Shown here in pieces: positions 1 to 8,951 of a DNA stretch of 32,639 nucleotides. Position numbers and translations under genes: made by a program. Positions within the stretch are counted from its first letter, which is position 1, and each line of letters opens with the position of its first letter. The notes beneath the pieces are model-generated. The model was not told where the DNA came from, did no database searches, and saw only the letters and a program-made list of their open reading frames with translations. This DNA is from Flavobacteriaceae bacterium (GTDB lineage: Bacteria > Bacteroidota > Bacteroidia > Flavobacteriales > Flavobacteriaceae), in assembly GCA_002711185.1 (NCBI GenBank), contig PAHL01000012.1, positions 20,930-53,568 on the forward strand, in the 5' to 3' direction.

Positions 1-1386
1 ATTAATATTTAATTTAATGGTTGATAGATTTTCTAGAATATTGAAAATTGATAATTCATTTTCTTTAGATGCAATTATTAGCTTATCAATTGTTGTCATA
101 CCTATTCCCCTAGAAGGATAATTTATGATTCTTTTTAAACTTTCCTCATCATTTGGATTTACAATCAATCTTAAATAGGCTAAAATATCCTTTATTTCTT
201 TTCTTTGATAAAATGAAATACCTCCGTAAATTTTGTAAGGAATATTCTTTTTTCTCAAAGAATCCTCTATTGCTCTTGATTGAGCATTTGTTCTATATAA
301 AATTGCAAAATCAACATTATTTTTCTGTAAAGTTAGCTTACGCTCTATTATTTCAGATGCAATTTGCTTACCTTCCTCAGAATCAGATTGCATACATTTG
401 ATATTTATTTTATCTCCATAATCATTATCTGTCCAAACAACCTTATGAATTTTACTTTGATTATGCTCAATTATTGAATTTGCGGCATTTACAATATTTT
501 TTGTTGACCTGTAATTTTGTTCTAATCTATATAATTTAACATCATCATAATCTTTTTGAAAGTTTAAAATATTATTAATATTTGCCCCCCGAAAAGCATA
601 AATACTTTGTGCGTCATCTCCAACCACACATATATTTTGGAATTTATCAGATAGAGCCTTAACTATTAAATATTGTGAATGATTTGTATCTTGATACTCA
701 TCAACCAAGATGTATTTAAATCTATTTTGGTATTTTGCTAGAACTTCAGGAAATCTGTTTAATAATTCATTAGTTCTCAATAATAAATCATCAAAATCCA
801 TTGCGCTGGACTTAAAACACCTTTCAACATATTCGTTATAAATTTCTCCCATTTTAGGTCTTCTAGACATTATATCTGATTCTATTAAATCATTATCTTT
901 ATAGTATGCCTTAACCGTAATTAGATTATTTTTAAATGACGATATTCGATTTCTGATTTGTTTTGGTTTATATATGTCTTTTTCCAATCTCATTTCTTTG
1001 ATAATACTGCTAATCAGTCTCTCAGAATCCTGTGTATCATAAATTGTAAAATTCGAAGGAAAACCAAGTTTATCAGCTTCTGCTCTCAGTAATCTGGCAA
1101 ATACTGAATGAAAAGTTCCCATCCATAAATTTTTTGCATCGTTAGATTGAAGAATTGAAATAATTCTTTCTTTCATCTCTCTAGCTGCCTTGTTTGTGAA
1201 TGTTAATGCAAGAATTTCAAATGGATCTAAACCATTTTTAATTAGGTACGCAATTCTATGGGTTAAAACTCTTGTTTTTCCAGATCCAGCTCCAGCAATT
1301 ACAATGAGTGGCCCTTTTTTGTGTGTTACAGCAGCTTTTTGTGCCTCATTAAGTTTATCAAGAATTTCAGCTGTATTTAAACCCAT
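1..1386 (-). CDS. UvrD/PcrA/Rep-family ATP-dependent DNA helicase, N-terminal 462 codons; the 3' part runs off the window
   Basis: Absent from the supplied ORF track because it is edge-truncated. The reverse complement from the ATG at 1386..1384 reads MGLNTAEILDKLNEAQKAAVTHKKGPLIVIAGAGSGKTRVLTHRIAYLI (Walker A). Further on it reads FKYILVDEYQDTNHSQY and NICVVGDDAQSIYAFRGA, which are SF1 helicase motifs II and III. The frame stays open to position 1 (...NELSIFNILENLSTIKLNIN). Confidence 0.9.
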   Translation of the reverse strand, partial: MGLNTAEILDKLNEAQKAAVTHKKGPLIVIAGAGSGKTRVLTHRIAYLIKNGLDPFEILALTFTNKAAREMKERIISILQSNDAKNLWMGTFHSVFARLLRAEADKLGFPSNFTIYDTQDSERLISSIIKEMRLEKDIYKPKQIRNRISSFKNNLITVKAYYKDNDLIESDIMSRRPKMGEIYNEYVERCFKSSAMDFDDLLLRTNELLNRFPEVLAKYQNRFKYILVDEYQDTNHSQYLIVKALSDKFQNICVVGDDAQSIYAFRGANINNILNFQKDYDDVKLYRLEQNYRSTKNIVNAANSIIEHNQSKIHKVVWTDNDYGDKINIKCMQSDSEEGKQIASEIIERKLTLQKNNVDFAILYRTNAQSRAIEDSLRKKNIPYKIYGGISFYQRKEIKDILAYLRLIVNPNDEESLKRIINYPSRGIGMTTIDKLIIASKENELSIFNILENLSTIKLNIN

Positions 1387-1547
1387 TTATTTTTGAATAT
1401 TTATAATTTAAAAATATTTATAAAGTAAGGCTGTTTAAATATTAAAATAATATTTAAAAATCATTTCTTATTAACAAATCAAATAATTGATTAATAATTA
1501 TATTTAGTTTTATTAAATATTCCTAATAAGAATTTTAGAGTTTATTT

Positions 1548-3647
1548 ATGAATGGATTACAGAAATCAATTATTTACCTTAATGGAGTTGGTCCTAACAG
1601 ACAAAAAATATTAAAAGAAGAATTTGGTATTTCAACTATCCAAGACTTGTTAAATTTTTTCCCCAATAGATACATAGATAGAGGTAGATTTTATAAAATA
1701 AATGAATTAACCAACTCAAATTCTGAAATTCAAATTATAGGATCAATAACAAAAATTATAAAATCTAACACAAATAATAAATCAAAATTAATTGCAAAAT
1801 TTGAGGATGATACTGGAATAATTGAATTGATATGGTTTAGAGGCCACAAATGGATTGGATCAAATATAAAAATACATACTCCTTATGTAATTTTTGGAAA
1901 AATTAATTATTTCAATGGGATATTTAGTATGGCACATCCAGAAATGGAATTACTAAAAGACTTTAAAATCAAGAAAAGAGTAAATTTTAACAGTGTTTAT
2001 CCATCTACTGAAAAGTCAATTAATTCTGGAATCACTCAAAATATCATAAGAAAAATGATTTACGAGTATTTAAATAATTATGATAAAAATTTTAAGGAAA
2101 ATTTACCAAATAATTTAATTGAAAAATTCAATTTTATATCTAAAAATCAAGCTGTTAGAAATATTCATTTTCCAAAAAATATAGTCTGTCTAAACAATTC
2201 AATCGAAAGATTAAAGTTTGAAGAGTTTTTTTATTTACAGCTACAGATTTTAATTAAAAATAGAGAGCGAAAAAAAAAAATTAATGGCTACTCGTTTTCA
2301 AAAATTGGAAATTATTTTAACTCATTTTTTCATGAGCATTTATCTTTTAAGCTCACTAGTGCTCAAATCAATGTCATTAAGGAAATAAGAAAAGATTTAG
2401 GATCAAGATATCAAATGAACAGATTGCTTCAAGGTGATGTTGGTTCAGGTAAAACTATAGTTGCTTATATGAGTATGTTGATATCACTAGATAATGGATA
2501 TCAATCATGTTTAATGGCTCCTACAGAGATACTAGCTCAACAACATTACAAGGTAATCAAAAAATTATCTGATAATATCGGATTAACCATAGATATTCTT
2601 ACTGGAAGTGTATCTAAAAGCAAGAGAAAACCTTTGTTAGATGATCTAAAATTAGGTAAAATTGATATTTTGATAGGAACTCATGCGTTAATTGAAGACC
2701 CCGTTGTATTTAAAAATCTTGGTTTAGCAATTATTGATGAACAGCATAGGTTTGGTGTAGCTCAAAGATCGCTTTTATGGAAAAAAAATCTTTTACCACC
2801 AAATATTTTAGTAATGACTGCAACCCCTATTCCTAGGACTCTCGCAATGAGTTTGTATGGTGATCTAGATATATCATTGATTGATAAACTCCCTCCAGGG
2901 AGAAAACCTATTAAAACCTTTCACAGAACTGATAGTAAAAGACTAAGCGTTTTAAAATTCATAAAGGATGAAATTTCAAAAGGAAATCAAATCTACATAG
3001 TTTATCCATTAATCGAGGAATCAAAAAAAATCGATTTTAAGGACTTAATGGATGGTTTTGAAAGTATAAGCAGATATTTCCCTTTACCAAAATATAAAAT
3101 ATCAATTCTACATGGAAAAATGAAGAACAATGATAAAGAGTATGAAATGAAAAGGTTTCTTGAAGGTCAAACTCAAATTATGGTTGCAACAACAGTAATA
3201 GAGGTTGGAGTTGATGTACCAAATGCATCAGTTATGATTATTGAGAGCTCTGAAAGATTTGGTCTATCTCAACTCCATCAGTTAAGGGGAAGAGTTGGAA
3301 GAGGAAACAAACAAAGTTATTGTATTCTTATGACTGGAAATAAAGTTTCCAATGATTCTAAGTTAAGAATAGACACTATGGTTAAAACTAATAATGGTTT
3401 TGAAATTGCAGATGTAGATTTAAAAATGAGAGGACCAGGAAATATAATGGGAACTCAACAAAGTGGTTTATTAAAACTAAAAATAGCTGATCTTGTTAAA
3501 GATCAGGATATTATGATAAATGCTAGAAACTCTGTTATTGATTTATTAGATGATGATGAAAACTTAGAAAAAAATGAAAATCAAATTGTAAAACAGACAT
3601 TAGCAGAAATTGGTACTTATAAAAACATATGGAATTATATAAGTTAA
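1548..3647 (+). CDS. recG: ATP-dependent DNA helicase RecG
   Basis: 699 aa. The N-terminus (LNGVGPNRQKILKEEFGISTIQDLLNFFPNRY) is typical of RecG. Walker A is GDVGSGKT, DEQH box is IIDEQHRFG, and the QLHQLRGRVGRG motif is present. Confidence 0.95.
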   Translation: MNGLQKSIIYLNGVGPNRQKILKEEFGISTIQDLLNFFPNRYIDRGRFYKINELTNSNSEIQIIGSITKIIKSNTNNKSKLIAKFEDDTGIIELIWFRGHKWIGSNIKIHTPYVIFGKINYFNGIFSMAHPEMELLKDFKIKKRVNFNSVYPSTEKSINSGITQNIIRKMIYEYLNNYDKNFKENLPNNLIEKFNFISKNQAVRNIHFPKNIVCLNNSIERLKFEEFFYLQLQILIKNRERKKKINGYSFSKIGNYFNSFFHEHLSFKLTSAQINVIKEIRKDLGSRYQMNRLLQGDVGSGKTIVAYMSMLISLDNGYQSCLMAPTEILAQQHYKVIKKLSDNIGLTIDILTGSVSKSKRKPLLDDLKLGKIDILIGTHALIEDPVVFKNLGLAIIDEQHRFGVAQRSLLWKKNLLPPNILVMTATPIPRTLAMSLYGDLDISLIDKLPPGRKPIKTFHRTDSKRLSVLKFIKDEISKGNQIYIVYPLIEESKKIDFKDLMDGFESISRYFPLPKYKISILHGKMKNNDKEYEMKRFLEGQTQIMVATTVIEVGVDVPNASVMIIESSERFGLSQLHQLRGRVGRGNKQSYCILMTGNKVSNDSKLRIDTMVKTNNGFEIADVDLKMRGPGNIMGTQQSGLLKLKIADLVKDQDIMINARNSVIDLLDDDENLEKNENQIVKQTLAEIGTYKNIWNYIS

Positions 3648-3702
3648 ATTTAATGATGTGTTATATTTGTTCAAAGATTATTCATAATATATAATAAAGC
3701 CT

Positions 3703-3750
3703 ATAAATCTATCACCAATAACTATAACATGATAGGTTATATTTATTTTA
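3703..3750 (+). terminator. Possible weak A+T-rich hairpin followed by a T-tract, downstream of recG
   Basis: ataaatCTATCA (3703..3714) pairs with TGATAGgttat (3730..3740) around a 15-nt loop, followed by atttatttt. The stem is almost all A:T, so the prediction is weak. Confidence 0.25.
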
Positions 3751-3778
3751 CTTTAATCTTTTAAAGGAAATGATCAAT

Positions 3779-3786
3779 TATATTTG
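3779..3786 (+). promoter_or_regulatory. Bacteroidota-type -7 promoter box (TAnnTTTG) for pheT
   Basis: TATATTTG lies 26 nt upstream of the GTG start at 3813. A second copy is at 3662..3669. Confidence 0.45.
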
Positions 3787-3812
3787 TACAAATAATTAAG
3801 TAAATTTTTTTT

Positions 3813-6236
3813 GTGAAAATTTCAGCTCGGTGGTTAAAAGAATATATTAAAACTGATAGATCAGTTGATGATATTGCAGATTATCTTACAGATCTTGGGC
3901 TTGAAGTCGAGGGTATCCATCACTTTGAATTAGTTAAAGGTGGTTTAAATGGAATTGTTGTGGGCGAAGTAATTGAATGTAAAAAGCATCCTAATGCTGA
4001 TAAACTCAAGTTAACAAAAGTCAAGGTAAACAAAAAAAAGACATTGCAAATTATTTGTGGTGCTCCAAATGTAGCTATAGGACAAAAAGTTCCTGTTGCC
4101 CTTGTTGGTTCAGTTCTATATCCTAAAAATGATAAAGAAGTTCTTATAAGATCTAGTAAAATCAGAGGCGAAGAGAGTAATGGTATGATATGTGCAGAAG
4201 ATGAATTGGGTATCGGTAATTCTCATGATGGGATCATGGTCTTAAATAATAACTTAGAAATTGGAAAGCCACTGAAAGATGCTTTAGGTATAGAAGATGA
4301 TTACATCTACGAAATAGGACTCACTCCCAATAGAGCTGACGCGATGTCTCATATGGGTGTCGCTAGAGACCTGAAAGCATATTTTATCCAAAATAAAATA
4401 GATTACATCTGGAATTCTCCAAAAATTGAAAATTTACCTTCTCCATCAAAAACAAAAAAAATTAATGTACAAGTTGATGAACCAGAATTAGCACCCTACT
4501 ATTTTGGAATAACTCTAACTAATATTAATGTTTTACCTTCTCCTGATTGGATTCAAAATTATTTAAGATCAATTGGTATTACTCCCAAAAATAATGTAGT
4601 GGACATAACCAATTTTGTTCTTCATGATATTGGTCAACCTCTTCACTCATTTGATGCGGATAAAATTGAAGGTGATATAATTGTCAAAAAATCAAAAAAG
4701 GGAATAAAATTTCAAACATTAGATCATAATGAAGTTGAACTTTCAGATGAAGATCTTATGATATGTGATCAAAATAAACCTTTATGTTTAGCCGGAATAT
4801 ATGGTGGAAAAGATTCTGGAGTATCAAAATCTACAAAATCTATCTTTTTAGAAAGTGCTTATTTTAATGCTCAAACAATTAGAAAAAGCGCGAAAAGACA
4901 CGGTTTTAATACAGATGCCTCATATAGATTTGAAAGGGGTATTGATCCTGAAATCTGCCTAATTGCACTAAAGCGAGCGGTATTTTTAATGACTAAATAT
5001 GCAAATGCAGTTATATCAAGTGAAATTGTTGAATTTCAAACTCCTAACGAGGTTCCTGCGAAAATTTTTATATCATACGAACAAATTAATAATACAATAG
5101 GTCAGGATATACCTAAAGAAGATTTAACAAATATTCTTAATGCACTAGAAATCAAAATTGATAATGTCACCAATGAAGGTATTGCAATAACAATACCTCT
5201 CTATCGAGTCGATGTCAAAAGACCTTCTGATGTAATTGAAGAAATATTAAGAATTTATGGATATAACTCAATAAATTCATCATCCTCGCTTAAAATAAAT
5301 CTTCCTCAATTTAAAGTTAAAAATAAGTTTAAATTCCAGGAGTATTTATCTGAAAAATTAGTCGGTTATGGTTTCTCTGAGATTATTAATAATTCTATTG
5401 TAAACCCCTCCTATAACTTACTAGCTAAAGATACTTTATCTAATGAAAGCATAAGCATATTAAACCCTCTAGGAAAAGATCTATCAGAATTAAGAAAAAC
5501 ACTAATTTATTCCACACTTGAGGTAATATCATTTAATAATAATAGAAAAAAAAAGAATTTAAAGCTTTTTGAAACTGGCAATGTATATTCAAAAAAAAAT
5601 AATAATTATGAAGAGAATAAATTTCTGTTAATATCATTGTCACGATCTAAAGAAGCACTAAATTGGATTAGCAAAGAACCCATTTCACCCTTTTTTGAAA
5701 TTAAAACACATGTTATTAATCTATTTAAGAGTATTAATATGAGTAAAATAAGTTTCGATACTACTGAAAGTGATTTTTTTAGTGAAGGTTTAACAATTAA
5801 ATATGATGGTAGTTTAATAGGAAAATTAGGCGTTGTTAAAACTTCTATTACAAGTAATTTCAATATTGAAAACCAAGTATGTATTTGTGAAATTAAATTA
5901 GATGATATTTATGATAAAGCCTTTGATTTAAATTTAAAAATAAAAGATATACCAAAGTTTCCATCAATTCAGAGAGATTTCTCTTTATTAATTAACCAAG
6001 ATATTTCTTTTAGTTCAATAAAAGAAATAGCCTTAAATACTGAAAAAAAATTTTTAGAATCTGTTGATTTATTTGATGTTTATGAAGGTGAAAAAATTTC
6101 TAATTCGAAAAAATCTTATGGAATAAGGTTTACATTTACTGATATGAAGAAGACATTAACCGACAAACACATTGATAAAGTTATGGATAAACTACTTAAA
6201 GAATTTCAAATACATCTAAATGCTGAACTACGTTAA
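3813..6236 (+). CDS. pheT: Phenylalanine--tRNA ligase beta subunit
   Basis: 807 aa with a GTG start. The N-terminus MKISARWLKEYI is canonical for PheT. A tRNA-binding (EMAP-like) domain is present (GEVIECKKHPNADKLKLTKV), and the length and B3/4, B5 and FDX-ACB layout are as expected. Confidence 0.95.
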   Translation: MKISARWLKEYIKTDRSVDDIADYLTDLGLEVEGIHHFELVKGGLNGIVVGEVIECKKHPNADKLKLTKVKVNKKKTLQIICGAPNVAIGQKVPVALVGSVLYPKNDKEVLIRSSKIRGEESNGMICAEDELGIGNSHDGIMVLNNNLEIGKPLKDALGIEDDYIYEIGLTPNRADAMSHMGVARDLKAYFIQNKIDYIWNSPKIENLPSPSKTKKINVQVDEPELAPYYFGITLTNINVLPSPDWIQNYLRSIGITPKNNVVDITNFVLHDIGQPLHSFDADKIEGDIIVKKSKKGIKFQTLDHNEVELSDEDLMICDQNKPLCLAGIYGGKDSGVSKSTKSIFLESAYFNAQTIRKSAKRHGFNTDASYRFERGIDPEICLIALKRAVFLMTKYANAVISSEIVEFQTPNEVPAKIFISYEQINNTIGQDIPKEDLTNILNALEIKIDNVTNEGIAITIPLYRVDVKRPSDVIEEILRIYGYNSINSSSSLKINLPQFKVKNKFKFQEYLSEKLVGYGFSEIINNSIVNPSYNLLAKDTLSNESISILNPLGKDLSELRKTLIYSTLEVISFNNNRKKKNLKLFETGNVYSKKNNNYEENKFLLISLSRSKEALNWISKEPISPFFEIKTHVINLFKSINMSKISFDTTESDFFSEGLTIKYDGSLIGKLGVVKTSITSNFNIENQVCICEIKLDDIYDKAFDLNLKIKDIPKFPSIQRDFSLLINQDISFSSIKEIALNTEKKFLESVDLFDVYEGEKISNSKKSYGIRFTFTDMKKTLTDKHIDKVMDKLLKEFQIHLNAELR

Positions 6237-6245
6237 AATTATATT

Positions 6246-6908
6246 ATGATTATAAATAACTTACTTACCACAAATATCCAAGAAGCTCTTAACTCTGAAA
6301 AAAAAATTAATCTTTTTCAGAAAAATCGCATATCTCAAGAAAAAAATTATTTCAATGAATTTAATTTGAACAAATTAAATAATGAAAATATATTTCATAT
6401 AAACACAATTAAATCCACTTGTGTCGACTATCGCTTAAGATTTTTAGATATTAAATATTTTAAGGGTGAAATTCCGTTAGAAGCTATAGAAAAAATAAAG
6501 CAGATGGAAATCGATCATAATAAAAAACTTAATTCATTCAAGATTATGGCACCTTCAATAATGTTTAGATTAAAAAAAACTGATGATCCATTATTATTCA
6601 TCCCCATAGGAAGTAATTATTTTTATCTAATTCATAAATGGGGAAATGATCTCGCTCCATTAAGAAAAATAAGAATGTGGCCATTCAGATCAATTACAAA
6701 TCTTTTATTGACATTATTGTTTTTAAGTTATTTTGTAACTCTAATTACACCAATATCAATTTTTACAAAGAATCCAGATTCATCTGGATTTTGGATTTTA
6801 TTTTTGTTTATGTTCAAAGCTCTAGTCTCTATAGTATTATTTTTAGGTGTAGCCTTAGGTAAAAATTTTAATCCAAAAATTTGGAATAGTAAGTATAATA
6901 AATCATGA
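6246..6908 (+). CDS. Hypothetical membrane protein: soluble N-terminal part plus two C-terminal TM helices
   Basis: 220 aa ORF starting 9 nt after the pheT stop. Hydrophobic segments are ITNLLLTLLFLSYFVTLITPISIF and GFWILFLFMFKALVSIVLFLGVALG. I recognise no family. Confidence 0.55.
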   Translation: MIINNLLTTNIQEALNSEKKINLFQKNRISQEKNYFNEFNLNKLNNENIFHINTIKSTCVDYRLRFLDIKYFKGEIPLEAIEKIKQMEIDHNKKLNSFKIMAPSIMFRLKKTDDPLLFIPIGSNYFYLIHKWGNDLAPLRKIRMWPFRSITNLLLTLLFLSYFVTLITPISIFTKNPDSSGFWILFLFMFKALVSIVLFLGVALGKNFNPKIWNSKYNKS

Positions 6909-6909
6909 A

Positions 6910-7137
6910 ATGAATTCATACACAAAAATATATTCAGGAAGTATAATTATAATTTTATCGATGAAAAATATGTTATCAGAAAAGAATATAATACCGATAA
7001 TTAAAGACTCTCATGAATCAGCAAGGCTGGCTGGTTTTGGTTCAATTCATGGGCAGCTTCAAGATCTTTATGTAAACGATGATGAACTAATTATAGCCAA
7101 AAAAATTATAAATAAAATAACCCAAAATTGTATTTAG
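6910..7137 (+). CDS. DUF2007-like small protein (putative signal-transducing protein fold)
   Basis: 75 aa, starting 1 nt after the preceding stop. The pattern YTKIYSGS...IPIIKDSHESARLAGFGS matches the family as I recall it from Flavobacteriia. Confidence 0.6.
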   Translation: MNSYTKIYSGSIIIILSMKNMLSEKNIIPIIKDSHESARLAGFGSIHGQLQDLYVNDDELIIAKKIINKITQNCI

Positions 7138-7215
7138 TTTAAAGAGAACTAATCTTATGTTAGTTTAATATTTTTCCATTATATTCGAATTCATAAAAAT
7201 TATAACTATAAAATT

Positions 7216-8877
7216 ATGAATACGACATTTGAAACCCTAGATTTTATCGTTTTTGCAATTTATGCATTAATAATTTTATTTTTTGGTTTGTGGGTTTCAA
7301 GAAGTAAAGATGGAAAAACTAAAAATGCCGAAGATTATTTTTTAGCAAGTAAATCTCTTCCCTGGTGGGCAATTGGAGCATCATTAATAGCTGCAAATAT
7401 ATCAGCTGAGCAATTTATTGGTATGTCTGGCTCAGGTTTTGCCATTGGACTTGCAATAGCGTCATATGAATGGATGGCAGCTCTGACACTTATTATTGTT
7501 GGAAAATATTTCCTTCCCATTTTTATCAAAAAAGAAATATATACTATTCCTGAATTTGTAGAAAAAAGATTTTCAAGTCAACTAAAAACTATTTTAGCAG
7601 TTTTCTGGATTGGACTTTATGTTTTTGTCAATATTACCTCTGTACTTTATTTAGGTGGTCTCGCATTGCAAACAATCCTTGATATTGATTTAATTTATGG
7701 CATTATTGGTTTAGCTCTATTTGCAGCTGCTTATTCTTTATACGGTGGGTTGTCAGCAGTAGCATGGACAGACATTATTCAGGTAGTTGTTTTGATATTT
7801 GGAGGTTTAATTACATCCTATTTAGCTTTAGACACAGTTTCCTCAGGAAAAGGTATGTTAAATGGTTTAAAATTATTATATGAGGTTGTTCCTGAAAAAT
7901 TTGATATGATACTAGATAAGTCAAATCCTGAATATATGAGTTTACCAGGAATTGGAGTTCTTATTGGTGGCATGTGGGTTGCTAATCTCTATTACTGGGG
8001 ATTTAATCAATACATTATTCAAAGAACTCTAGCTGCAAAATCATTAAAAGAAGCTCAAACTGGAATTTTATTTGCCGCTGGATTAAAAATGATTCTCCCA
8101 TTAATAATAGTAATACCAGGAATTGCGGCTTTTGTAATAGTTAATGATCCAACATTGTTATCATCTTTAGGTGATTCTGGTTTAAGTAACATGCCAACTA
8201 GTGGAACCGCAGATAAAGCATACCCTTGGTTAATGCAATTCTTACCAACTGGTTTAAAAGGTATAGCAGTTGCTGCATTAGCTGCAGCTATAGTATCATC
8301 TTTGGCTTCAATGTTAAATTCAACAGCTACAATTTTTACAATGGACGTCTATAAACCCTTTTTTAATAATTCCACTTCGGAACCAAGTATAGTAAACGTT
8401 GGAAGAATATCTGCTGGTGTTGCTTTAATTATTGGAGTAGTTATTGCTCCCCTTCTCGGAGGTATTGATCAAGCTTTCATTTTTATTCAAGAATATACAG
8501 GAATTGTTAGCCCTGGAATATTAGCAGTTTTTATATTGGGTTTATTTTGGAAAAAAACCTCAAATAAAGGTGCTATTTACGGTGCTTTATCCTCAATACC
8601 TATTGCTATGTTTTTTAAAATTGGACCTAAAGGCTGGCTTAAAGAAACTCTTTTAAGTAAACTTGCTCCTACTCTTCCCTTTATTGATCAAATGGGATTA
8701 ACCTTTCTTTTTACTGCATTAATAATATTTCTTATGAGCTATTCTGAAAACAAAGATAAAGATGATAGAAAAGGAATTTATTTAAATAAAGGAATTTTTA
8801 AAACTTCATCCACTTTTAATATTGGAGCATTTGCATTAATGATACTTTTAGCTGGTATATATTCTTTTTTCTGGTAA
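7216..8877 (+). CDS. Sodium:solute symporter (SSF/SGLT family)
   Basis: 553 aa, polytopic. It carries WWAIGASLIAANISAEQFIGMSGSG and YYWGFNQYIIQRTLAAKS, which are SGLT-type signatures. Confidence 0.9.
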   Translation: MNTTFETLDFIVFAIYALIILFFGLWVSRSKDGKTKNAEDYFLASKSLPWWAIGASLIAANISAEQFIGMSGSGFAIGLAIASYEWMAALTLIIVGKYFLPIFIKKEIYTIPEFVEKRFSSQLKTILAVFWIGLYVFVNITSVLYLGGLALQTILDIDLIYGIIGLALFAAAYSLYGGLSAVAWTDIIQVVVLIFGGLITSYLALDTVSSGKGMLNGLKLLYEVVPEKFDMILDKSNPEYMSLPGIGVLIGGMWVANLYYWGFNQYIIQRTLAAKSLKEAQTGILFAAGLKMILPLIIVIPGIAAFVIVNDPTLLSSLGDSGLSNMPTSGTADKAYPWLMQFLPTGLKGIAVAALAAAIVSSLASMLNSTATIFTMDVYKPFFNNSTSEPSIVNVGRISAGVALIIGVVIAPLLGGIDQAFIFIQEYTGIVSPGILAVFILGLFWKKTSNKGAIYGALSSIPIAMFFKIGPKGWLKETLLSKLAPTLPFIDQMGLTFLFTALIIFLMSYSENKDKDDRKGIYLNKGIFKTSSTFNIGAFALMILLAGIYSFFW

Positions 8878-8951
8878 TATAAACATAACATACAAATTAA
8901 ATATTATTTATAAATTTTCTACTATTAGAATACATGAACAATAACGAAAAT

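Noticed and set aside
3654-3692. A 12-codon mini-ORF (MMCYICSKIIHNI) in the recG-pheT gap, as a possible leader peptide.
   Set aside because: No phenylalanine codon run, no attenuator-like alternative hairpins and no supporting signal. It is indistinguishable from chance.
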